Below are positions 1-12,900 of a DNA stretch of 64,000 nucleotides, piece by piece. Every line of letters starts with the position of its first letter. The first letter of the stretch is position 1. The notes under the pieces were generated by a model that saw only the letters and a program-made list of their open reading frames with translations, did not search any database and was not told where the DNA came from. The translations under genes and the position numbers were made by a program. The stretch comes from Styela clava (taxonomy: Eukaryota): the NCBI RefSeq assembly GCF_964204865.1, contig NC_135260.1:5518001-5582000 (forward strand). The letters run 5' to 3'.

Positions 1-289
1 CACAATCTTCTTCCTTCTGACTAGGTACTCCAGAATTACCATATGTGCACCAGGTTTGGATTAGGCCATAATTTCACTCAGATTTCCCTTATTTTAGTTC
101 TATTACAAGTTCCAAGACTGTATGTGTTAGTCAAGTAAATATCCCCCTGCCCATAGGTTTCAGTCTTTTAACACCACTCGATGTGAAATAGGCGAACAAA
201 ATTAGTTACCATTAATATGCCATATGTCAATTTTTACAGAATAGGAATTACTAATTAGAAACTAATATAGAAATTACGAGAATTACAAT

Positions 290-3200
290 ATGGCACATGA
301 AGGAGTAGTTAACGATGAAATCCAATGTACAAATATGTTCAATGTCTTGCCTGGTGGAACAATGAATGTGACTTTAAAGCAGGGAGATAATGTTGTTAAT
401 CTTTTCAAAAAGATGGGATTGCAGGACATTAATAATGGTAAGGAAATTTCTTGCTAGATGTTTTTTTTTACTTTTATTTGTGATTTTGCTCCGAACACGG
501 CCTTCAAGCAGCAACGGCTATTGATGTTTTATGTAAAGAACTGCTATCATTGCTGTCTACCCAGTTTATTACATCCTGGGTGAGGTGGTAGACACAGGAA
601 TTGAACCTGTGATGTCGAGGTTTTACTGTAACCAAAAATTTGTGAAAATAAACAATTTGTAGACAGCCGACTAGATTGAGTGTTTACTATATCATCATAA
701 GCTAAAGCAGTAAACAAAACCATGTTATGTCCAATACCTTGAAAAGAGTAAAACTGAATAAACTAGCAAAAGAAATCTTTGTGTTTTTGAATCTAGTAGC
801 ATATTTCTAAGCTGAATGTCTAAAGTGCAGAGCAAAATGCAAATCAATTACCGCTAATAAAAATAAAAACAATACAAGAGTGTGAAATGATATATTTCAC
901 ATTGAATAAAAGTGTGGATGGGGGTGAGAAATGTGAGTGAATTTCACAAAACTTACTCTATTTAGGTTGTGTTGGAAATGTCCATACATTAAGCGAATCT
1001 GAACAATAACTCTTTTAAAAATAATGCTCTGAACCAGCAGTTCTCATACTTTTTCAGCTACGTCCCCTTTTTAGAATTTGTAAAGTCTCGTGCCCCTTTT
1101 CAATAATAACTAGCTAACAATAATCTACAAAGAACAGACAGAAAGGCAAAAGTATGCTTAATTAAAAAAAATGTGAATGGAATGAAATATCAAAACTGAA
1201 GAAGCGTAAATATCCAAAATAGGTGGCAAGATAAAATCTAACAAATTTTTTTTATTTATCTTCACGCCCCCTCAAAAAATTGTCTTCGACCTGCCCCCAA
1301 GCACCCCCCCCCTCGTACGCTCCGCCCCACCATTTGAGAACCACTGCTCTAAACCTTTACATAATTATCCATTCCTCACAGAACAAAATTCTGATGAAAG
1401 TCCTGTCAACAGTGATAGAGAAAGTGAAACACCAGATGATTTAAAGAAAACTGAATTGGATATCGATGAAGACAGATACAGTGACGATAGCGATAAAATG
1501 CAAGAGAAGCTGAAACAAGGTATGATGAAGGTTAAATAATAACAAATTAGCAACAATTTTTTAAATGATGCGTTTCCATTTAAACAAGCTCCTTGTACGA
1601 ACGAACAGTTCACCAATTTACTACAACTAGTGTGCATTGGTGGGATTTGCACCCAAGATAATTAATGACAAATTTATATTTAACGCTTCAAGCACTAGGC
1701 CTCAGGGCCCGCTAAACTGCAAATAATTCTGCTTTAATACTAATTTAGATTACCACTCGACCATATTCTAATTCAAAATTAAAAAGAACCAATTTTTATA
1801 ATATCTTGTAGCCATTGACACCATTCACACTTTCTTAAACCTAATTTGATGATAAACTTAAAAAAACAGGCAAATTAGTCGTGCAAAAGTATCCTAAAAT
1901 TATTTTATGAACTGCTAATAAGTGAAGCACTGGTTAATTAACTATTTCAATACTAGACATAAAATGGTAATAAAATGAGCGGTCGTGGTTCCGCATATGA
2001 CTAAGCCTTCCTATCGGCTTTTCACTCCACCTGGAATAAATATGAAAATCTTATCTATCTATCTATCTACCTTATTAATAATTTGGGGATCAATTTCATA
2101 TTTTCTTATACTCTTGCTTACAGATAGAATAAAGTTTTTTTGTTCCGTGCTCTGCCATCATATCTATATGAACATTTTTCTTTTTGAACACATACAATTA
2201 TATGTTTCCCAGGTCTAAAAGAAATCGCAGAAATACAGCTCACAGAAACAAGTCAACTGGAAACATTGATACTGATTCTCAAACAATATGTCAAGATGGG
2301 AGAAGAAGCAGAATACATCGAAACAAGAGAAAAAATTAATACTATAACCAGTACCACTACAGATATAAACAAAATCCTGACATTAGCAGCTAAATACATG
2401 AAAAATGGTCAAGAATTTGAGATGATTGTTACATGCACCCAGGTTAGTGGGATAGGATTTATTGGTTAGGATAGGATTTACATATTTATCCCGAGGGAGA
2501 GGAAAGCCGATAAGACGGGTTATCCATATGGCGAACCACGGCCTCTCGTCCGGTTACCATTCCAAGTCGGGTATGGGATTAGCTATATTGTTTGTTTCGG
2601 AAGCATGGACTTGGTGGTGGAGGAAGCCGTAACCGACCAGCGTTTACGTGAACCACCCAACGACGGCGAGGAGTCCAGCAATCCTCTCGCACATAACCAT
2701 CCCTGCATGGGATTCGAACCTGCGAACCCACGCAGAGTAATTAGAGGTGCGGTGGCGAGCGTATTCCTAACACTTAGCCCGTTGAGCCACACCGCCGCGC
2801 CAATGCTTATAAAATTAGCTACCTCCATATTGGTACACACACTTCTGGAGCGCCAACAAATCAAAGTCAATTTGCTTCAAATTAATGCAGTCTAACTATC
2901 AGAAGTGATACCTAATGAAGTCCTAGCTTGTGGCTCCCAAAAACCACTCCCCTGGGGCCCTGTTTGAGAATCCCTGAACTAGAGATTATTACCAAAAATG
3001 AGTAAACACTTCCAATTCTTTACCGATAAAAACTATTTTTTATTTTATTCATATAGGCAGTTTGTTGGTACAAGCACCGAGCAATGCTCGGAAAAGATCC
3101 ACAAACTTGTATCAGGCAGATGGTATCGGAGTGCATGTCTCTTTCATCTATCGCTGCTCAGCAAATGTTCAAAAACAAGAATGAAGAAAACGACCTTTAC

Positions 3201-3605
3201 AGCATATATATTATCTCTATGATGTACGAGATGCTGCTAGATGTAAAGGATATTACCGAGGTCAATCAAGCATGTAAAGTTGGCATGACAACGTCTGCGT
3301 CATATCACGTGGCTTGCGTGCATTTTTTCTTAGATCAATGGGGGGAAATGTATGAAATTTGCCAGGCTGCTATTTCAGAAATTAAGGACATATGTGGCAA
3401 TAATGCCAAGGAATGCCTTGCCTTCGGTGATGTTCTATTTATGGCCGGAATAGCTAAATATAGACTCGGACAAAATCGAGAAGCAGAAAAACTATGGCGG
3501 GAAGCGGTAGATACTTTTGATGCTGAAGGCAGCATAAATAGCAACCCAGAAAAAGAAAGAAATATTAGACTTGTGAACCATTGGCTTTCACTTGTATCTT
3601 TGTAG
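290..3605 (+). CDS. 4-exon gene, ~354 aa, acidic linker plus C-terminal TPR-like helical region; function unknown
   Basis: Exons 290-437, 1382-1519, 2213-2442, 3057-3605. All introns GT-AG, phases 1,1,0, total 1065 nt open to TAG. C-terminal AFGDVLFMAGIAKYRLGQNREAEKLWREAVD fits the TPR pattern. AATAAA at ~3835. Confidence 0.75.
1035..1346. mobile_element. Non-autonomous hAT-type MITE
   Basis: Ends CAGCAGTTCTCA / TGAGAACCACTG; 8-bp flanks CTCTGAAC / CTCTAAAC. Confidence 0.7.
2467..2796 (-). mobile_element. tRNA-derived SINE, near full length
   Basis: Minus strand begins GGCGGTGTGGCTCAACGGG (A box), has GGTTCGAATCC (B box) and ends in an (ATCCT)n tail. Further copies or fragments at ~1982-2070, ~8200-8290, ~11990-12200, ~23118-23250, ~37785-37880, 39047-39390, 42386-42737. 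Confidence 0.85.
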
Positions 3606-5359
3606 AAATGAGAAGAACAAACACTAAGTGAATATTTTCCTGTATTTCTACGCTATTTTTTATTTTATTTTCACAAAACTAGCACTACTAACTAACTTTT
3701 AACCAAGCAACTAACTAAACATACTAATATCCAACTACTGACTTATAGAGGGAAAATTTTCCCACATTATCGGATGTATGGTAACAGTTATTAATACAGG
3801 ATAACCCAACCCAAAGCTCCTCAGAAAAAAACTGAATAAAATACAGAACCTATCAATTCCTTGGTCACGTCGACAAAAATGAAGAAAATTTTGTTACAAC
3901 TTGAAATTCTTCCTGTGTATGACTGTACCCAGAAGTGTCAGTAATTTGGAACGCTTTATTATGTTCTCTCTATAATATATTCCAAACGACCTGGGTTCTA
4001 TTTTTATGGGTCACCGAGATAAGATTTCAAGTTTTGGGGCGTGATGAGGGTTGGGGCCATCGGCATGTTTCTTCAACAATGCTGGTATGGCAATTTGAAA
4101 TTCTGGGGCGCGATGGAGGTGTTGGTCTCGGGCTGAACAATAGACTCATCAGCGATGACAAACCTCTGATGACAAAATAGTCGACAGATAGCCATAAGCT
4201 ACTGTTCTTTCTTAAATTCCATGCGACAATTGGGAGCATTAATAATTATAAATAAGGCAAGAAACAGTGTAGTCTATGAACTGCACTGTGAACTTCTTAA
4301 CAGGGATTAGTAGTCATGGTTTGCAGACGAATTTACAAAAACTCACTTATCTCGAAATGTGAACCAAACTTGATAATCAAGCAAGATTGGGTGTCAAACA
4401 GTTACCATATATACATGATAGATGATCTCTAAATAAGACTTTAAATACCTTTAGCTTATATTAAAATTATGTTATTTTTTGTTAAAATATTGTTTTACCC
4501 ATTTGAACTGTGAACTAAAAAGTTACAAATCTATTTTATGCATTTCATTTAATTAATCATACAATCTATTTGAACATCAAATACAATCTAAAACAAAACA
4601 CTTTCAATCAAATTTTGAAACTAAAGCCATTAATACAGGATTATGATTCAAAAAGGATAAATTTCTAATTTTATCAAAAACTATTTACTTTGAAGTATTT
4701 GAATTTATTTATCCTCCTAAAACAGCTTTTGTAATATTACGTTGAAAGTATAGGATGTAGAAAACATGCATATAACCAAAGCTATTATCAATGGATATGA
4801 TTTTATAAATAAAAATGTTTAGATAGATTTTATCGTTAACAGTGTCTGTGCCTTTTTGGTAAATTTCAGTCAATGATTATTTCCTTTTCGAGGCAGTGTT
4901 GGAAGATAAATTAATCTATAAAATCAAAATTCTATGCTAAAGAGACAAAGTCATTTAAAAATTACGATAGTTATATTGTAAAATGCGACTGATTTTCTTA
5001 TTTTTTTTATATCAATGTTATATTTTATATTCTTTCATGCAAATATAGGAAGACAAAATCTGCCTTTTTATTTGTACTGATGTATTATTTTTTATTTCAA
5101 TGAAGGTTCCTAAAAATAGGGAGAAGTAGACTACTTATATATTAAAACCAAAAGTTGATTGAAGCAAAGTGCTCGTGGTAAATGGAATTTGATAACATAT
5201 TGCAAGTTAAGATAGATGTAAAACCTTAGGCAAATGTTCAAAGTAAACAAAGAAAGGTATATTTACAGCCTAGTTGGGTTGTGCCGGTATCGCAGGTTAC
5301 AGATCTTGACTTCAACTCCTACGCACAGCACTTCAACCGGCACAATAAATTGTGTAGGC

Positions 5360-7098
5360 CAGGGGTTCTCAACACCCGTCATGTGTGTATCAGGTTAGGG
5401 TTTGGCCATAATTTGTTCCAATTTTACTTGTTTTAGTTCTATTACGAGTTCGGGGACTGTCTGTTTTAGCCAAGTGAATATACCCCATGCCCATAGGTTT
5501 CAGTCCTTCTAGAATATTCTAGAATACTTAAATCGAATCCAGAATACCGAATCCTATTCTATTTTCATGGTTATTAAAATGTGGGAATTCTCCCACCATA
5601 TTGATGGGTTACAATCACAAATTTAAAAGAGCAAATTTGATTAGATTTCGGGATATAATGACAATGGAATATAAGAATTTTAACGCTTCAAAATTAATGT
5701 GATCTCTAATTGCTAATATGTTAAATTGAATAGCGCATTATACACTATAATACTAAATTGTGAAATACAAATAATAGGTATGAAAATACATTAAATAACT
5801 ATTAATGTGAGAGCGCCACAAAAGCCAAACCGAGGCCGCTGCAATTTTTGCTGCCGCAACTGCTGCCACACTTAGTAGGACGCGTTAATTATTATTGTAA
5901 AATAAATTTAACGACTATCAATTATAATCAACCATGTCAGCGTGTTTATTTTCTGCGAGTCCGACTCGTTAAATAACATCTATAGGCATATTCATTTCTA
6001 TTCCAAAATCTTAATTTTTAGTTTTTATCGTTATATATAAACCCCGTCTCGGCGATACGCATAATTGCATAATGTTCATCAATAGTTATGGCCGAGTAGG
6101 AGAACTGTCTTTACCATGTGTGGAAATTCTTTTAATTTATCGTCAACTAAAGTACCGCCTGACACTCGACCAAACGTTTGTCAAGCTTGGACAATATGTA
6201 CGAATCCATCAGCAACTTTAATTTCGAAAATATGTAATTGTAAGTGCAAAAGAATTGTAACAAACTCCTTGTTTTACGATATAATCTTGTATTTTCGGAA
6301 ACGGAGTATCATGGAAAATAAAATTTGATGTAAATTAATCGCAAATAATGTTTTGACATCGAAGGTCTGGTACACATCATTTTCAGTGAGAAATCGAAAA
6401 GTCATTTAATTTAAAATAAAGAGTTTTTCAAGTATTCCAAAAATTTGAGATTGTTGTAATCGGAAAAACGTCAGTATGTCGGCAGTCGGCACCAATAATA
6501 ATTATTACTATAAGCTAAGGGAACTAGATTGTAAAATTGTAAACGCAAAAAGAATGCAATAACGACGTCTTCGTGTTTGGCGTATACAAGCTGGGTTTAC
6601 GGTGTTTGATGTAAGCCGCTTTTGCAGGTTCTTGGCGAGAAAACACAAGCATAATTAAACGAGAGAGATTTCGTCGCGAGAGAAAACGCTCGTCAGAGAT
6701 TATTAATTAAAAAATCTCAAATACAAAAATTGACGCACGGCGGTGAAGAGGCGAAAACCGGATCCTTTTGGATTCGAATTTCTCCGGATTGGGTATTCTA
6801 TTTTGCCCATCCCTACTCCATATTGGTACACACACTTCTGAAGCACACATGCTGTTATGGATCCCAAGAAAAGATTGGCTATTATTTACGAAGCCCACAA
6901 TAAATTTATAAAACAGAAACAAAAAAAATATCTTGTTGTTTACAGATTGAGGTTCCTGAGTAAACTAAAATTAACTTATTCAAGGACTAGGGGTGTATTT
7001 GCTGCTTTGTATTTAAAAAATATTCAGTATTTTTATGAGTTGACAATAGCTCTCGCGAAGCCCTAGGACCCTGTTATGGAGCACTTTGAGAACCTGTG
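5360..7098. mobile_element. hAT-type element carrying nested insertions
   Basis: Ends CAGGGGTTCTCAA / TTGAGAACCTGTG; flanks GTGTAGGC / GTGTAGGT. Inside, a MITE (5373-5510, resuming ~6815-6845) is split by a ~1.3 kb insert ending ...TATTCTATTTTGCCCATCCCT. Confidence 0.55.
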
Positions 7099-7259
7099 GT
7101 GTAGGTAGGCAATACCGAAACGGAGTGATTCCATTTCATCCACGACTCTCAGCTCAGTGGCAGGTTAAAACGGGCCTTTTATGTAGAGAATAGCCTGAAT
7201 GAGCGTCATATAAAAATGGGTATCACCGAAACAATTAATCAAGTTTTAATATATTACTG

Positions 7260-7415
7260 CAGGGTGGTCCAAGGTTGCGAGAATGGAGAATTTTAGAAGG
7301 TCTTGCAGGTTGCAGACAGGAAAACCCAAAAGTAATCGAATTACTGCTTTAGTGTTCGCTAAAATTGTTCTGTTGGGCCACATGCGACCCACACAACCAG
7401 GTTTGAACCACCCTG
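7260..7415. mobile_element. hAT-type MITE
   Basis: Ends CAGGGTGGTCCAA / TTGAACCACCCTG; flanks TATTACTG / TATTACAG. Same family as 22518-22970. Confidence 0.72.
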
Positions 7416-7504
7416 TATTACAGTATCAATTTGAACAAATTCCAAGTTCTGCTTATAGTCTAATTTTTTTACACAAAATGTCACATATTTATTTACACTC
7501 TTAC

Positions 7505-9184
7505 CTTTACCAATCTCCCAGGTTGTAGGAAAGGCAGACAATACTTTGGCATGTGAATAAATTCTTCCATTTGACCAGCTAGTTTTCCCAACTGTTGTCG
7601 AATCTTGTAATAATTCATCGCCACGTCTTCATCTGATATCTTGATTTCATCATATTCCTTTTCCAGGTTCTTGACCTCTGTGAGATTTGAGGATGAAGAT
7701 TGTAAAAATTACTGTCTGAACAAAACTCTAAACTGAGTAAAGATAATACGAGATAGCGATCGGAGACCGCCGACTTATCGATCTAGCGGCGTGTATCCCG
7801 ACTCAATAGCGACACCATGTGTCCCATCACTAATTAATTGATAACTCGATAATTATACGACATAATTCATTCAAAATCAAAAGGCAATCAAAATTTTGGT
7901 CCTAGATATGATGAATACACATGCAAAATTTGGAGCAGATTCAACCTCGCTTTCGTGAGATATCGCGTAACATAGGTAAGTGTCTAACAGACAGACAAAC
8001 AAGCAAATACCTTACCGATCAAGATCGATAAGTAACAACTAAGCTATCATAACCGGGTCCCACATTTCAAATGACTTGGTACAAAGGATGTAAAATAAGC
8101 CACTTCTTGCCATTGTCATGATTGGTTACATAAGCAGTTGGTTAAGACTTCCTCCACTTCCTAAGTCAATGCATGTGGTAGTGTTAACTGGTTAACTATT
8201 CCCATACCCGACTTGAATCCTAATTAGAGACTGTGGTTTGCCATATGATTATCTTTATCAAACTTGTCTTCCCCCAGAGATAAATATCCTTGTTTGTTTT
8301 CTTCCAAGTCTATTACTTTTAACCACTTGTTTTTTATTTTATTTAAAGAAATGAAAAAAATGAAAAAAAAAATGAATTACTCATGAGAAGAATAAATTTA
8401 TTCAATTTATTGAAATTATTCACTTACTGTCCATTATTTCAGGGACTGCCTTGTAATGTTGAAATTGATAAAATGATTTTTCCAGCATGTATTCAGGGTT
8501 GATTTCTTCAACACGAAGAAGGTTCAGTACCATGTTGTATGTGAGACGGAATGCCGAATTCAATGGATCAGGAGAACCCTGAAACCAAACGGTTAAGTAT
8601 TAGTGAAATTCAAAGACATAAACTTATTAACAAAAGAGCTAACAAGTAGGGGGAGTAAGGTTTGATTGAGTCTTTTATAGAGTGGAATATTTTCAAAGTC
8701 CACCGAACATACATCCAACATTACATCCTGAGGAGATCCTCAACTGGTCCACGCTGGATTGAAATCAATATTATTAAGAACAGAAACAAAGTGAGGTAAT
8801 GTGAAAAATTCTCCAACCTTGTAAAACACTCAAAAAATGCAGTATTTTGAAAACAACTCATTTATCATAATATAGTACAAATCTCAGTTGCGGTAGCTAT
8901 TTTGTTAGTTTTCAATCAGTTTTACTTGTCAAGAATGAAAGGTAGCCATTATACATATTCATTAACCGAACCCGAAAAACTCAAAGTAGCTTTCAAATTC
9001 TAAAGTTCGGGAATCTACCCCTTTTATTTAAATTTTTTTAACAAGAATTGCTTCCAACCTTCAATAAATTCTTTCCGACGCTTGGAGACATTTTTTCATC
9101 GACCATAATAATGACAATTCCTCTGTCATCCATTCCTCTTCTACCAGCTCTCCCACTCATCTGAATGTATTCTCCACCAGTGAT
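7505..9184 (-). CDS. MTREX: Three consecutive internal exons of exosome RNA helicase MTR4 (MTREX/SKIV2L2)
   Basis: Minus-strand exons 9184-9059 ([42 protein letters not shown], helicase motif VI), 8578-8428 ([50 protein letters not shown]) and 7677-7505 ([57 protein letters not shown]). Canonical splice sites, in frame, no stops, recognisably MTR4. Not in the ORF track. Confidence 0.93.
7745..8033. mobile_element. DINE-1/HINE-like non-autonomous element in an MTREX intron
   Basis: Subterminal inverted repeat ACTTATCGATC / GATCGATAAGT and a short ACAG/ACAA microsatellite near the right end. The classification is inference. Confidence 0.45.
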
Positions 9185-9976
9185 CTGAATAAATGGAAGA
9201 ATAAATAAATATAAATCACAGTCACAAAAATGGCCGATTAATTTAAATTCAATTTAATAAATTTATCATGACAGCTTTTTATAACTCTACTTCAAACCAG
9301 GCTCTGAAGCAGTTGTTCTCCTCTAATGGAGTTATCTCCAAATATTATAGCGTGAATTGGTCATTAAATAGCAACAAGAAAACAATTAATTTTAATTACA
9401 CATTAAGCTCTCATCAACTAATTTAGCTGATAAGTGAAAAGCTGATAAACCAATTCTGGACGACATCTTACCCAATCATAAATTTCAACAAGAGACTAAT
9501 TGAGATCATTATGCAACAACTTTTAATCAAAATATAGCTGATAAAGAGATATTGAATTGATAAAACCAATATTTTATTGGCAGGTTATGAATAAGGTATC
9601 AGTTACGCAAATGTTTAGCCCAAAGTACGCCATAACAAACTTAAAGATTTCAATTTCCATTTGTAATTAATTAGCATTGAGAAATCATCTTAAGAAATTA
9701 TGATACAGAAGTCCATCCAAGCATGTGATGCCTTTGACAATAACAAAGAGTAATAAGGAAGCGTACTGGGATCTAAGGTGTAACTGGCACTCATTCATTT
9801 ATTTATGGGGTGAACAAAAACTTAAACCATTGAGATTTGACCAGTACAAGATTATGGTTAGTTGAGCTATTCAATAAGTTATCTGAATATAGAGTTTGGG
9901 TATTTATTTGTTAATTGTATTTTTTGTTTCAAGTTTCAAACAATTAGTGGGATAATACAAATTATAAATTAGAGCC

Positions 9977-12900
9977 ATGCTAAAATATATCATCAACGTC
10001 ATAATTCTGCTATTTATAGGTAAGTATGTTTAATGCTTCTTGAAAGAAACCATATTAAACTATTAATAGATAAATATATCCAATTAAATCTTAAATACTA
10101 TTCAATGCATAATAAATCATTTTTTTTTAATTGAATATGTGTTTTTATCAGTAGGCAACTAATAAATGTATTCAATTTCTTTTATAAATTTAAATTGTCT
10201 CAATGGAATATAATGTGAATTAAAATTTATGCCAGATGTATTTGTAGTACAAATGTTGAGTCTTTTATTCATATTTGAGTACCATATAAATTCATATTAT
10301 TATGAAAATAGAAAGAATAGCTGGCTGAATTTCAGATGATATGTGTTTATTGTAGTGATATTGGGTGTGATGTAATGATTCATTAGATATTGGGTACAAA
10401 ACTGCAAATTTTCTTTTAAAATAACTTCTGTAAATATTATTATTTATTTGATTTACGTATTATTTTATCGTCTTTTATGCTGATTATGTAGTCGAAATAA
10501 ACTTATATTTTTACTTATTTTCCTATAGCAGATATGATCAGTATGAATGAAGCAGCATTATGCACTGATTGCCCAAATCCAATACTTGGAACAGAGAGCG
10601 AAAATATCACGTATGGTTCAGGTAATGAATACAACTGCGAATGTGATTGGACAATACCAACAAGCTTTGAAAATGATGACAATTATGCACTTGTGCTTTT
10701 GCTACAGAATGAATCTCTGTCTTATACAAATGCGAACATTCAGGGTTGCTCTGGAGCTATAAGATTTCCAAGTACATGTGAGAAAAATAATTTATCAACT
10801 TTTTTACAATATTTATTAGTTTCTTGTGATACTTTTAAATGTTGCATAATTGAGGGGTTTATTATTGCGTTTACTCCATATTTGAGAAGACACAAACCTT
10901 CTCAAGGGAGGCAATCGGTTAAGTTTTAATACTCAGTAAATCAGTCAATGCTGGTCTTTTCAATGCAGAGCAGCAGTATTGATCATTGTAAATGATAATA
11001 GTCTGTCTAGTGTCTATGTGACAAATTTTTATAATAATAATTAATATTTATTTTCTCTGTGTGAAGATTTTCCTTAAAAAATTTTATAAATAATAATGTG
11101 TGTGAGCCGAAAATATCTCCTCAAACATTTTTACGTTTAGAAAACGCTAAATCCAAAATCCAAACAATTTCTAATCACACGTTTTCAACCAAGCACAAAG
11201 CATTTGTTTGGGAAATTGTAATGTCCTCACAGATCAGATAAGATCAGATCAGATCAGTTTGTTAATTGAAATATATTATAAATTATTACAGACTTGAATG
11301 GATATGTATGCGACTACCAGCAAAAGCACTGTACTGTGATAACAACTCATTCAACTAGTTGCGGCATCAACAAAATAAAATCACAAATACCAGATAAGAA
11401 CCATAAATGTGATTCCATCATTCATTGGAGAAATATATCCAGAAGTTCATACAAATTGCAATACAGATCAAATAACCTGTTTGGTTACACGAAATATTTC
11501 AGAATCCAATACCTTCCTATCAGCTGTGAGCAAACCACAACAGCAGTGGTGTCAGCACAAATTAGCAGTAAGAATATTTCTTGGTACTCTCATAGTATGT
11601 GTTAACAGGTTAGGATTGGGCCATAATTTTATTACGATTTCTTTATTTTAGTTCTATTACGAGTTCGAGGACTGTCCGTGTTAGCCAAGTGAATACATCT
11701 CTGCCCATAGGTTTCAGTCCCTTTGCAAAACTTGATGTAAAGTAGGCAAACAAAATTAGTTACCTCCATATTGGTACACATATACTTCTGGAGCACCTAT
11801 TTCTTTATGTTTTCAAATTTAGAAGAGTTAATGGCCTAGAAATTGTTGGCATCACAGATGACACATCTCTGGTTGAAATACCATGGCCAGCACCTCACCC
11901 AGGATAAAATGAATTGGGCAAGTAATGCCAAACCAGAAGAATTCCAGTCTTTCAAGAAATGGTCTCTTTACATGACACAATTTAAATTTTAGGATAGGAT
12001 TTACATATTTATCTCGGGGTATGGGTTTAGTTAGTCAGTTATTCAATTCAGATGATGGATTTGATGGAGGAAGCCAGCTGTTACGTGAACTACCCTACAA
12101 GAGTACAGCAAACCTCTTGCCAATATTATTCCCCATGGAAGATAATCAGAGGTGCGGTGGCGAGTGTATTCGCAATGCTTAGCATAATGTACCACACCGC
12201 TGAGTCGTTTCATTGCACTGCCTTGAATACTACCATAGAAATGGTGATTTACAAGCCATACATTATGTCTATTATTTTCACATTAAAATGGTTCGACTTC
12301 AACACTCCAAACAAGGCGAACACCAATATTTAAAAATATTGCTAAAGAGCTGGTATTTTTGGAAAGAGGTCTTGAATGCAATTAGTGCAAAATTTTTTTA
12401 ATTTTATCATTTTTTTACCGTAAGCATAAAATTTTACATTTTATCTCCAGCTACTCAAAACCCAACAACAAGACCAGGAGTTACAGATCCAATTTACGAA
12501 AGCAACACAGCAAGTAATTCATACTATTATTTTACACAATATTTAAAAATGATATTTAGAAATGATATTTAAAATTCCTGGTCAGCTGGGGCCGATACAA
12601 AAGCTGTTAATCCCATAAAATTTTAAAATGTCCGGCCAATAATAAAAGCAACAAAACGACCGAGAGAGAACAAAAGTATCTTAGAATATCATACAAATTT
12701 TCTGTTTGCACTTGGCATCAAAATATTATGTTTTTCGACTGTCCTAATATATTGAACTTCAAAAGTATACGAGTTATGTACAAAGTGGATATTACCATAT
12801 TATTAATGCTATGAAAGAAATATCCTGACTTTCCATTGATTCAGAACATTTATGTTCATTTATGTTTGAGTCAAAAAAACTACAAGGAAAACATGGCAAC

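Noticed and set aside
2700-2796. tRNA-like A and B boxes
   Set aside because: This is the SINE head. There is no complete cloverleaf, and it is followed by SINE body and tail.
2583-2895. ORFs 2605-2895 and 2583-2870, and related ORFs 12052-12333, 38988-39245, 42412-42594
   Set aside because: They are chance frames within copies of the tRNA-derived SINE. Their mutual similarity reflects the repeat.
3935-4239. Overlapping ORFs 3935-4180 (+) and 4027-4239 (-) with an imperfect ~69 bp repeat
   Set aside because: No recognisable homology or splice structure, and no match to the expected next MTREX exon.
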